Origin: Microbotryum violaceum
Lineage: Eukaryota
Assembly (NCBI GenBank): GCA_001244265.2
Contig: LN717261.1
Coordinates: 1,503,591-1,567,590 of the forward strand
Direction of reading: 5' to 3'
Length of the DNA: 64,000 nt
Positions 1-20,598 of this stretch are shown piece by piece. Below the pieces are notes generated by a model. The model was not told the DNA's origin. It did no database searches and saw only the letters and a list, made by a program, of their open reading frames with translations. The position numbers and the translations under genes were made by a program. Every line of letters starts with the position of its first letter. Position 1 is the first letter of the stretch.

Positions 1-1299
1 TCCAGCGCCCTCTGCGTCGCCATGCCTCGACCTTGATCGCCACCACCACCTCGTCCACTCGACCACGATCACGATTCGCGCCCGTACTCAATGCTGCATC
101 GCTCCGATCGTCATCCGCCCCTTCAAATACCCGCGGATATGCCTCGGACTCTTACGAAGGTCCCTCGGATTCGACGCGGACAAGAGCTGCAGTAGGGGTC
201 AGTTCCTCCACCATTTCGATCTCATTCCTGCGCTCCTCACCACGCTTCCTTTGCTCCCTCTTCGATGCCCTTCCAGCCCTTCACCCTCCGAGCAGGGGCC
301 ATCTTTGCGGTCACCGGCTTGGGTCTCTATTTCTACTTTCAAAAGGAAAAGGCCAAGATTCAGGCGCACAAGGAGCAGGAGCATGCGACGGCCAATATCG
401 GACGACCCAATATCGGTGGACCGTTCGGGCTGACCGATCAGGATGGGAACAGTTTCAGTGATCAGGATATGGTTGGCAAATGGAGCTTGGTATATGTAAG
501 CTGCTTTGGGCGAGTGACTCATCCGAATTAATTGGCCCACTCGAGCGGTCCGGAGCAGCTGACGCTTCTCTTCTCTGATGCTCTCCAAGTTCGGCTTCAC
601 CAACTGCCCCGACATCTGCCCCGAGGAACTGGACAAGATGGGACTGGTAGTCAAAGCCATCTGTGAGTCGAACATCCTCAACGCGTTAGGAAACCCTCCC
701 TTCGCTCCGGCCGAAGATCCTGACCTGTTCTGCCCCGCAGCCAAATTGCACAAGATCGACATCCTTCCCATCTTCATCACATGCGACCCCGCACGAGACA
801 ACGTGCAAGCTGTCAAGGCCTATGTTCAGGGTGAGAGAGACAGAGAGCAAGAGCAAGGCCGGCTCGGTTGTGTTTGGGTCCTGTTCGGGGTCGGCGGCTG
901 ACCTTAACGCCCCCACTTTCATTCCGATAACAGACTTTATTCCTTCGTTGGTCGGCTTGACGGGCACGTACGAGGACATAAAAAAGTGTTGCAAAGCCTA
1001 GTGAGTCGTTCCCTGGGGTTGATGACATTATCCCGTGAGTGATCACTCAAGATCCTTCTCCCTTCCTCGATTGGTTTCGTCACAGCCGCGTGTATTTCTC
1101 GACCCCACCCGATGCGAAACCCACGGATGACTATTTAGTTGACCACTCCATCTTCTTCTACCTCATGGACCCGAACGGCAAGTTCGTCGACGCGTTTGGG
1201 CGGTCGATGGGCCCCGTCGAGGTGGAGAACAAGATTGGCAAGTATTTGAGCTTGTGGAATCAGACCGATGGGAAAGAGGGCTGGAGTGATATGAAGTAG
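1..1299 (+). CDS. SCO1: SCO1/SenC copper chaperone for cytochrome c oxidase assembly (5' start lies upstream of window)
   Basis: GT-AG splicing of exons <3-197, 277-495, 590-662, 741-830, 934-1000, 1086-1299 gives ..RAAVGPFTLRAGAIF(TM)..IGGPFGLTDQDG..VYFGFTNCPDICPEELDKM..PIFITCDPARD..LVGLTGTY..YRVYFSTPP..DYLVDHSIFFYLMDPNGKF. Contains the CxxxC motif and the conserved His of Sco1. Confidence 0.96.
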
Positions 1300-1499
1300 T
1301 TTATGCTTTGTAGGGTGAAAAAAGAAAGAATATTTTCCGACTCTTGCTTGTTGCATCCGAGTCCTCTCTTGTTGGACTCTTGAGCTCGTCTCTCCACACC
1401 TCTCTAGGCCTTGTCGATAGAAACTCCCCCCCCCCCCCCCTTAAGATTACACACGCTCTACTCCGCAGCGAGTCCCTAGTCCTCGACTGAAGGCGATAT

Positions 1500-2290
1500 C
1501 TATTCCTCCTCCTCTCTTCGCTTCCTCTCGGCCTTTTCGAGTTGCTTCATACGGTTCATGTAGCTGAGCACGGGGTGAGAACACGAGGGGGGGGAGGACG
1601 GATGTGACGTCAGCGGAATGGAGGGGGTGTACGTGACATTCACCGAGATACTGACTCGTCGTATTGGCACCTATGGGCGAAAGAGCACAAGAGGGAAAGG
1701 GTCAGTTCGGCGTCGACGTGCCGCCGGCGCTCCCTCGACGGCGTTTGGGAACTTACTTTTCGTAGACGTGCCTGTGGGACGAAGCCAACGAATGGAGAAG
1801 GTGGGGTAGAGTAAACACGTTACACGTTACACGTTGCACGTTAGTGATCAGGTTATGTCGATGGCCAGTGGGTCTCGGAGTGGGTCGTACTTCTCGTGGT
1901 CGCATTCTGATGGAGGAGGGGAGCAGTCAGTCAGTGCGTGCGCTCGCTACGGTCCACTTTGGTTAGACGTGTACTCACTCCAGGTCATGTAGAGGTTCTC
2001 GTGTCGGCACACGTTCAACGGGATCAGCAGTCTGTGCGAGGGAGCGACAAGTGGGAGGCTCAGCTGGACCGGGCTGGGCTGGGTGTTCCTGCGCGGGTCG
2101 GTGGCAGAGGGGCGACTGACTTTCCGCACTGGTCACGCCATCTATTGAGTGCGAGATGGAAGGATTAGCTCTACTCGTGTCGGATGGGGTCGTGCGACGG
2201 AGTGACTGACCCGATCGGCAGACGGGCTCGGTTCGCGAGTTCGGGAGCGGCCGGTTGCGGCTCGAACAGTCCAGTGGCGTGTGCTCCCAT
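1500..2290 (-). CDS. NDUFB7: NADH:ubiquinone oxidoreductase subunit B18 (NDUFB7), 7 exons
   Basis: Exons 2290-2211, 2141-2121, 2031-1979, 1906-1891, 1771-1757, 1670-1656, 1563-1500, all GT..AG, splice in frame to MGAHATGLFEPQPAAPELANRARLPIGWRDQCGKLLIPLNVCRHENLYMTWKCDHEKHVYEKCQYDDYMNRMKQLEKAERKRREEE*. Twin CX9C pattern typical of NDUFB7. Confidence 0.93.
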
Positions 2291-2535
2291 AGTGTGTGAG
2301 CGTGTGCAGAAGCTTGAGTCGGCGGGTGAGGAGGGAGGAGGGTGGGTGCTCGTGCTGTAGGAACGTGGGAGGTGGGAGGTGGGAGCGGCAGAGCGAGGAA
2401 AGTGATCAAAGTGAACGGCGTGCAAGTGGTCGGCGGCGCGCTTGGACCAGCTTTTAGGGTAGCACTGTCACAAGTCAGAGCTGGTCAGGACTAATAGTTG
2501 ATAGGCAGGACCGGGTGAGGTGTTATTAGGGTAGA

Positions 2536-5297
2536 CTAGGTTCGGTGGCGCGCGGACGCGCCACCTCACATTGAAAATCAGCAGTTCTGTTACATTATTG
2601 CAGATGGCTACGGTTCTACGCTGCTTTCATCTATGTTTTCGGAATTCTTGCAGGACTGGACAGAAGTTCCGAGCTTTGATCATCGGCAGCTCCACCTTGC
2701 CGTCCTTGCAACTTGCCCTGAATACTGGAGTGTCCCGTCCTCCCAAGCGTTCAAAGTCCCAGTGGAAGGCGCTACACTTCCGACACAGAAGATATATTGC
2801 ACCTAAGTCGTGTCGAGGGTAGGCTCCCGGCAGTGGACGCAGTGCAATCGGTGACTGTGCGGCGGGTGGATGTCGCCGTGCGCGAACTGAACGCGCTCCC
2901 GGAGGTTCCGGACTGTAGGTCGTCGCTGCGGGATAGCGTTGGCATCGGGCGTTGGCTGGGGTGGACGGGATTGTCCAACGCAATCATTTTGGGATCTCCT
3001 GGAGGTGGACTGATTCGTCGTGATTTGGCAAAGGCAGGGTCGGGCGGAAAACTGTGCGGGACCGGAACGGAACGCTCTCGCTCAAGCCTTTCCCGTTGAC
3101 GACGTCTTTGCTGACCTTGAGACCTTTGAGAGATCGCAGCGATCACAGGCGGTGGATCCATTGGACGAAGTTGATCCTCCGGCAGTGGACGCAGTGCAAT
3201 CGGTGACTGTGCGGCGACATCCACCGGGACGAAGGTGTCCGAATCCGCGCTGTAGAAGGTTTGAGCGTCACCCGGCAGCAGGTCGAGCACCATGTCGTTG
3301 ATGTGATCCACCTGCAAATTTTTGGGCGCCATTTCTGCTCGCTCTTGGAAGTATTCGACTTTTTTGCCTATCGACATATTGTCCAGTTCGAGCGCGGGAC
3401 GGGATAAACGTGTCTGATCAACCCGGATCTGTTCCTCGTGGTCGCCGGCAGGAGAAGCTCACATGGGAGCGCGATAGTCTTCTGTTTCGTTTGCCGACCC
3501 GTCTCCAACTCCGAACTCCGAAGAGCCAATCTGCAAAGCCCTGTGCCTTTGCCTGTTCCGTTTCGGTCAGGCGGTTTGCAGCGGCCAGAAGCCAGAAGAC
3601 GCATTGTTGGTCTGCGCTCGCACCGTGCCGTTGTTAGTATAGGGTCTAAAGGTCGGGCAAGGACTACTACTTACAGAGAGATCCCCGCAGAAGTCAGCAT
3701 TCATGATGCAAGCATTGTCAATTTGTGCAGGCGATGACTTGGAATAACAGGAAGGCATTGCTTCGGATCCTCTGTGATGTCACAGTCCAACCGGTCAGTG
3801 AGTCATGCTGCCCTGCGCCTTGCTTTTGAAAGATTGGCACATCCTGCCAAAACGACGGTCACTCCACACTCCACCGAACCGAGCCGTTGAGGATGACGGG
3901 ATGGCATTGCTTCGGATGCCCTGTGATATTACAGTCCAACCGGTCAGTTAAGCATGCTGCCCTGCGTTTTGCTTTTGAAAGATTGGCACACACCTGCCAA
4001 CGTGACGGTCACCCCACCGAACCGAGATGTTGAGGATCTGCCACGGGATGGTGAGCCGCAATTCAGGCGACCAGAGCCTGTTTTCTTGCGTGATTCGTTA
4101 CAACTATCAGTATAATTGCTGTTGTCCATCTATAGCAATGGCAGTGAAGACTCACATTTAGTGTGCCGATGACCCGGATTCTCAACCGTACGAAATCAAT
4201 CCTTCCGCTGTTTCACTGATGTCCAATGTCTGTTTTCGTATCAGTTTGTCCGTCATATCTAAGACTACACAGCCATGTCAAGGGATGACTCACACATGCA
4301 GTATCACCAGCTGACGGTGAAGGAACATCTCGAGGGTTGACATTCAAAGAGGACGCGTTGAAGGGGATTTCTGCTTGGTAGGGTTCCATTAGCTTCTGAA
4401 CAATCCCACACCAAGAGCACAGTTCATGAAGTTACGTACTCGAATTCGTAGCTATGCTGCATGTGGCAGCCATTCCTTGATCCCGTACTCGTTGCAGAGC
4501 TTCCACGACGGCCGCTTCAGTCGGATGTCGCGAGCTCGAGGTGGCGATGGGCAGGGTGTGAAGAGCCGGAGGAAGAAAGATGGAGGAGCCTGCGCCTCAG
4601 CTTAAACCGGGCTCATAGAATGTCGCGGAAGGCCGCGGAACGTCGTGGAGTGAAGCCCAGTGTCCGCAAGGCGTGGGGCCCCTAACGGCGGAATTGGCGC
4701 ACTGGCCGACGCTACCCGAGGTCTGGAACTGCTTCAAAGCGTGGAGGAACGAATCTCAAGATTGGAGGTGAAGAACTGCGGGCCCGTTGCACTTGCCGTG
4801 CGACATTGAGACTGCCTGCTGCCGGTGCAGTTGACTTGACGAACCAGTTTGCGCGACGTCGTCTTGATCGGTTTCGCGCTGCTGCTTCTCGCGAAGGCGT
4901 CGTTGCCGCTGAGCTTCGGCGATTGTTCGAGGTTGCTGGCGGCGACGTCTGTGCGATTAGAGCGGGAGTCGGGAGGAGGAGGATTGTGCGGAGGAGGAGG
5001 AACGCGAGCAGCTGCCGACGTCTCTGCTGCCCTGCTGCTCTCCGTGAAGATTGTTGTACAGCAGACGGGACGTGAAAGCTCGCAGATGACTCTTTGGCAG
5101 TGGCAGAACTGGATGGTTGAAGGGACTACACTACAATGTGGCAGGCACGCAAAACCAGTGGTCTGGGAAACAGAGAGTCATGTGCCAGGCTGCTTTGATG
5201 GAAAATGGAACCTCGGCGAACGTAGTCGAAACGGCCTGTGGTCGGCGGACCCATTCTGAAACAGCGCTAGCTAGTTGGGACGCGGTGGACCGAGAGC
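2536..5297 (-). mobile_element. Non-autonomous Helitron, 5'-truncated
   Basis: Minus-strand 3' end: GGTGGCGCG-TCCG-CGCGCCACC hairpin, GAAC, CTAG|T at 2536. Internal RepHel scraps: zinc-finger [25 protein letters not shown] (~2690-2810) and PIF1-like [25 protein letters not shown] (~3240-3320). 3716-5297 is an inverted near-copy of ~61332-62916. Confidence 0.82.
3751..4030. repeat. Two-copy ~149-bp tandem repeat inside the Helitron
   Basis: GGCATTGCTTCGGAT..ACAGTCCAACCGGTCAGT..GCTTTTGAAAGATTGGCAC at ~3754 and ~3903. The same unit occurs inverted at 62610-62890. Confidence 0.8.
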
Positions 5298-5916
5298 CGT
5301 TGCAGTATACCGAAATCGTTATGACGTGTGTGATAAGTCTACAGGAGCTAGAAGAGAGCACTCGACGGCGCCGTGTGGGTGCGACCCCGACCCTTTGCAC
5401 CCGATGATTGTCCGGGACTGGCTGTGCAACCTGATGCCCGAAGCCTACGCTCCCACTATCAACGCACTCGGCGACGATGTCGACATCGGAAAGTTGGAGC
5501 AGGTGTTACACCGTTCGGCACTTGGTGATTGCACCCGGCGTGAGCAGGCCCAAGCTCTCGTGGCCCGTCTTAATCCCGCACCTGCGTCTTCGGCACCGCT
5601 CGCTAACCGCCTGTCGCAGCGCCGCAGCGGCCCAGGCCCGCACGACCCACCCGCAAAGTGCACCAGCCACACAGGACCACACCTTGACGCGCGCAAACTT
5701 CACAACATCACCAAGTGGCCACCCGGAGTCTCAAAGAGAGGCCGGCTTGGTCTCTTCCCGACCCAATGTTTCTTGTGTTACAAGGATGGTCACCTTGCGA
5801 CCGCTTGCATGGTTCCCGACCGCCTCCGCATCAAGTTGAAGGCCGACACGTTGAAGGAATACGGCATCCCTGTCATGTTGGAGCAAGCTCGCGCGCTTGT
5901 GCACAACACTCTCAAC

Positions 5917-10265
<4,349 letters not shown>

Positions 10266-12253
10266 TCAACCAGGAGGAGCACACCAAGGCTTTGGCGGTG
10301 CACGCGCGGTTGGCCCAATTTGACGACAATGATGACGAGATGATGGAGGCTTCCGCGGCCAGCTGGCATGTCAGGATTTTGGGCAAGGACACCGAGCAGT
10401 GTTTCAACATCAACACGGCAACTCCGTTCCTGCTCGACTCGGGTGCCACGAGGCACATGACGACAAGGCTTGACCCCCTTCACAACTATTGCCCATCCCC
10501 GACCAATTGCCGTGTCCGTGTCACCGGCGCATTTGGTTCCGGAGGTTTCGCGAGCGGCACCAGCTCCCTGCGTTTCTCGACCAGTGGCAAAGACATGGTT
10601 CTCCGCAATGTCCTTCATGTCCCTGGCCTCGAAGTGGAGCTTGTTTCTCTTCATTGCCTCATCGAGGATGGTTATGGTGTATGCGTCGCATCGGCACCCG
10701 AGGTGCGCGGCCTCATTGTCTCTCACGGCAACGTCGAAGCCCACTTCCAACTTTGCAACAAGCAATTCGTCCTCGAGGCAAGTCTCCTCACACCCACTCT
10801 CCTCCGTGATTCTGCGCTTAATGTTGCCCTACCTCCCTCCGCAGATCTGTCACTCTGGCCCGGTCGGTCGCTTGGGACATGGTGGGGTGAACGCAGTGTT
10901 GGCAAGCGGGAGAGCAGGGTCGATTGGGTTGAATACTGCTGCTGTAACGCCGGACTCGATCCAACTCGTCAGAACCTGTGTTCCCTGTCATTTGGGAAAA
11001 GATGTTGCGCAACAATCCCACGCTGCCGCAACGCACCGCGCAACCGCTCCCTTTGGTTGAGTCTTCATGGACGTTTGGGGTCCCAGTCCAGTCGTTTCCC
11101 TCTCAGGTCATCGCTAGCTTTGCGGTGGTACAGATGAGTATTCTTGTTATCGCTGGCTCCGTGGTATCACAGCGAAGAGCGACGCGACACGTGCGATTCA
11201 GGACCTCGTTGCGTTCTCATGCGTTCAGTACTCTGGCTTGTTGTTTCGAATGCTTGTGACCAACCGCGGTGGGGAATTTGTCAACAAGCAGTTGGACGGC
11301 TGGCTTGCGTCACGGGGTGTTGTACATGAGCTATCGGCGCCATACAAACACGGTCAGATGGGCTTGCAATAACGTTCCTGGCGCTCAATTTTTGACAAGG
11401 TCCGCACCTCTTTGGCCCAATCCGGCCTGCCATTCTTCCTCTGGGAAGAAGCTGCCCACGCCGCCGTGTACACCCTCAACCTGACGGCAACCCCTGTGCT
11501 CGACAACTCGACTCCGGACTTGGTCCTACATGCCTCCGCCGACCCCGTCGCCAAACATTGTTGCCCACGCGGATCCCGCCTCCGTGTTTGGGGCTGCCGG
11601 GCGCTCATCCCACTAATACGGGAACAGCGCGGGCACAAGCTCGCGCCCCGGTCTCGTCACTGCTTCTTCGTCGGCTACTCGCAGACATCTCAAGCCTGGC
11701 GTTTATACAACCCCGTTCGCCGCAAGGTGTTTGAGTCGTCTCAAGCCACCTTCTTCGAACGGGAATTTGGCCGGCCGCACAACGCGATGGAGATGCGGAC
11801 GCTACGACGATGGACCGGTCCTATGCACAACAACGGTTCGTCCATCGCCGCGGCTCCCGAAGACACCATCGACAACAATGATACAATTTCTGAGGACTCG
11901 CTGCCCCTTCTCAGTCCACCCCATGTGTCCGTCGCCGAGCAGCCTGTGCCTCCTGTCCACGGTGCAGCACCACCACCGCAGGGGCTCGCCTTCAACAACC
12001 CGGGACCAGCCTGGTCAGCTCCGCTTGGCGATCAATCGTCTTGTAATCACGGACCTCCAGAGCGCCTTGGCAACTTCACAATGGCGGCGACAGCCGTCAC
12101 CGAGTTTGCCATCGAAATCATCGACTTTGAATAAGCCTTCACCACCCGCCCAAGCCCCGACACCCCGCATTATTTGGAAGCGATGTCGAGTAAGGACCGG
12201 GAAATGTGGCTCCTGGTGATCGAGACCAAAAAGGCCGCGCTTGCAGCAAAGGG

Positions 12254-16957
<4,704 letters not shown>

Positions 16958-17294
16958 AAGGGGACGTTCTCTTTGCTGCTCTTCAATCTGCCACCCAGCA
17001 CACCCATCATCAAGAGCAAATGTGTTTTCGCAATCAAACGCGACAGCAAAGGCCGCATTGAGAAATACAAGGCTCGTCTTGTTGCTCGTGGCGATATGCA
17101 AAAGGCTGGCCGCGATTACAAGGAAACCTTCTTGCCCACCGGTCGCACCGCTTCACACCGGCTCCTGCTCGCTTTGGCTGTCGAGAACGAGTGGGAAACC
17201 CGCCAATTTGACGTCTCTTCTGCATACCTCAATGGGGAGATGGGCAATGTTGTCGTTCACATGGAGCTCCCGGACAAGTCGGTTGTCCGCTTGC

Positions 17295-17784
17295 TATCAC
17301 GAAGGACAAAGATAGGAGGAACGAGCCGGACGAAGGGGCTCGAGACGAGGGGCGAGGGACGAGGGACAAGTTGAGAGAGGCTCTAGGGACTTCTCAAGAG
17401 AGACAAGGGCGAGAGACGAGGGCGAGGGACGAGTGCAAGGATGTGACCTTTGACGAGATTCGAGTTGCAGAAGGGAAAGAGAGAAGTAAGCTACGGAAAG
17501 GGGGAACTAGACCAGAGGAGTTGGGGACAAGGTGACGAGCTTGAGGAGGCGAGGCACGAGGATCACGTAATAATGTTGAGGCTGAGGATCACGTAATAGA
17601 GCTTGGTTGACGATCACGTAAGAGTCGGGGGCGAGAGGGTTGTGAGTGTGTAGTTAGAGGAGAAGAAAGCAGTGCAGGTGCCGAAGCGGGGAGAGGAGGT
17701 CCGAGGCGCGGGAAGGCCGAGGTCACGCGGATGACGAGAGTGCTGAGAGGCCGAACTCGGAGTGGCGAGCTTCCATTCGTGACA
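17295..17784. mobile_element. Solo LTR (490 bp) inside copia A RT
   Basis: TATCACGAA..TTCGTGACA termini flanked by 5-bp TSD CTTGC. The copia A frame (VVRL|HKTLYGL) rejoins across it. Confidence 0.88.
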
Positions 17785-19488
17785 CTTGCATAAAACCCTC
17801 TACGGCCTGTGTCAAGCAGGTCGGGAGTGGTACAAGGTCTTTGCGGGCTGGATCGAATCAATCAGTTTTGTCCGCACCGAAAGCGATCACACTGTATTTG
17901 TCAAGTCCGAAGGGGCGCGCAAACTGTTCCTGTCCATCCATGTCAACAGCGGCCTCGATGGCTTCATCCAACAACTCAAATCTCGTTTCCAGGCAAAAAG
18001 CTCCGACGAGGCGACCTTCTTCCTCAGTCAACGCATTCTCCGGGATGGCAAGACGGGTGCAGCAATTGCTCACCAGCCCCACTTCATCTCATCAATCCTG
18101 GAAGACCACAACATGGCGGGATGCAGTTCGAGGTTGACATCAATCTCGCTCTACAAGTCACACCCGCGTAAGGACGTCACTTTTGACGCTTTGACAAAGC
18201 CGTACCGCATGATCATTGGCAAACTCCTCTTCCGCAGCGGCACCACGCGGCCTGACATTGCCTTTGCGCTATCAAAGTTTGCATCACATTGCAACAGCTT
18301 TTTGCAACAGGATTGGGAGGCTTTGTTTCACATCCTCCGATACCTCAAGGGAACCCAAGACGTTGGACTTCTGTTCCGCAAGGCGGAGGGTGCTCCTCTC
18401 AAGGGCTTTGTTGACGCCAATCACGGAGCGGACCCGGAGACTTGTCGAAGTGTCACAGGTTTTGTGTTCCTTTGCACGGGTGGCGCGGTGTTGTGGATGT
18501 CCAAGCGACAGGCGCTCGTCACCATATCCAGCACTGAAGCCAAGTACATTGTTATGTCGTTTGCTGCGCGCAAGGGCATCTGGCTTTGCCGCCTCCTTGG
18601 CAAGCTCGGCTTTGCCCAGAGCGAACCAACAAAGCTTCATGGCGACAACCAGTCGGCAATCCAGCTTGCCAAACACCTGGCCTTCCATGCTCGTACTAAG
18701 CACATCGGCATCCACTTTCACTTCATCCGAGACCACATTGCCGAGGGTACAATCAAGATGGTCTGGATTCCCATGAACCTGATGGCAGCGGATGTCTTGA
18801 CCAAAGGGCTCGGGTTGCGGAAGCACTGGGATTTTGTACACGCGATGGGTTTGGTAGATGCATCGACTGAAGGGGCGAGTTGGAAGGAGCGACGAGTGGT
18901 CGAGGAGGTTTGTGCAGCGTATGCGCGAGTGCAAAAGGGCCTGAATAGAATTTGATAGGCCTGATCCCGCGCATGACAAACTGGGTCTTTTCCTCATGTT
19001 TGGCTCTGCATCGGATCAGGTGTGTACTTCGTGTATTCATGCCTCAATGTGTTAAATGATTAACTCTGACGATTGGCTCTGCATTGGATCAGTCCATTGT
19101 TCAACTCTGGCTTCTTCTCCAATGTAGAGGGCCTCCGCCTCTTTGATGAGCAGATTGCCGAGTACGGCAAGGTCCTCCTTTGCCGCACTCATTGTAATTG
19201 GCAAGACTAGACACATCTCTGGGGTGTATGCCTTTGTTCTTGCCCTCGAGGACCCAAACAAAATGCCTCCTGCATCCATCTCCATTGAACGCGACAGCGT
19301 GACCAAGTGAATCCTGCTCAGGATCACCAGTGGCATGCGCCACTGTGCTTTCTGCCGTTCCGTGGCCCGTGTCAGTAAGGAACGTGCAAGTCGTGCGCAA
19401 GCACCTCGCACGCCAGCCAGCATTGCCCGGGCCGCCGCCTCGTGTCGAGCCCCCAGGGCACTCCCAAGTCACGTCCAGCGCAAGCCTC

Positions 19489-19699
19489 TGAAAGGCACGA
19501 GATTGCTCTCAAGCCTCACTGGTTCCGAGTCCAAACTGAAAGGATCAAACGGTGTAATTCGCAGGCAAAGAAAGACTACTAAAAGGACTAAGGTCAAGAG
19601 ACGCGGCGGCGCCGCGCGCAAGGGCAAGCGTGAGGCCGCAGAGGTTGGCTCCTGTCGGCTCGAGGTCGTCGTGGGGCGTAAGCGGAGCGGCGCCTTACA
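19489..19699 (-). mobile_element. Solo LTR (211 bp), gypsy type
   Basis: TGAAAGGC..GCCTTACA with TSD GCCTC. One end matches the LTR family at 24040-24277. Confidence 0.88.
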
Positions 19700-20598
19700 G
19701 CCTCCACTGTGACCAAAGCCCCCCCGGCCTCCAAGTCAATCCCTGCACCACCCGCGCCCGACCGCGCGTCGAAGACCAAAAAATGTCAAGTGGACCCTGA
19801 CCAGGACCTGGCTGCCCAGCCTCAAGATCCATCCAACAGGGCTCAGCCCGAACCCCTGTCGGAGACTCCTCGCCCCGAGTTCTCCTTCAATCCCCCCCCC
19901 CCCCCCCCCAACTCCGCCCCCCTGCCCGCCTCCAACCAGGGAACTGCCCCCCCAACCCCCCCCTCGTTGAAAAATCCTCCGAGTCCCCCAGCTCGGAGAA
20001 GACCCCTCCGCCCCCAAGCCCTCCCCCGGCCACGCCAACGCCAAAGACGATCGTCACTCGTTCCCAGTCGATTGCCGTCCTCTCCACGCCAGCCACTCGT
20101 GAAGACCCTCCCACTACTCCTGCCCCCGAAGCCTCCGAGCCGACCCCCCGGCCATCCTTGCCGTTGCCCTCAGCCGCGCCCAAAGCCCGACCCGATGCCA
20201 CTAACGCCAACGAAGATGCTGACAAAGAAGCCAAAGACCAAGAAGCACCCCCCGAGGACGTGGACGACGCTATGGAGCAAGATGATGAGCACAACTAAGA
20301 TCCCAAATGTGTCTTTTGTTGCTGCCAACGTGCAGTCTATCAATGAGGATCGTAAGCGTGCCTCTCTTTTCTCCAATCTCCGCTCCCATAACGACGATGT
20401 CTTTCTCCTGAGCGAAACGGGCCGGCCTTCCCGGAAAGGGTCGCCCAGTGGACTCAGGAGTGCCAAGACTTAAAGCTCTCCGCTCTTTTCACTCCTCTCA
20501 ACAACACTGCCATACTCTGGAAGAGCGACTCCGTGGTCATCACTATTGATCCCGAGTCACCTCCCAACACTCTTTGTGCCTCTTTCTCTTTCCCAGAC

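Noticed and set aside
4849-5259. Secreted-effector-like ORF MRDVVLIGFALLLLAKASL.. (also 61280-61768)
   Set aside because: Starts at TTG, lies antisense within a repeated Helitron module, and the two copies end differently; probably incidental.
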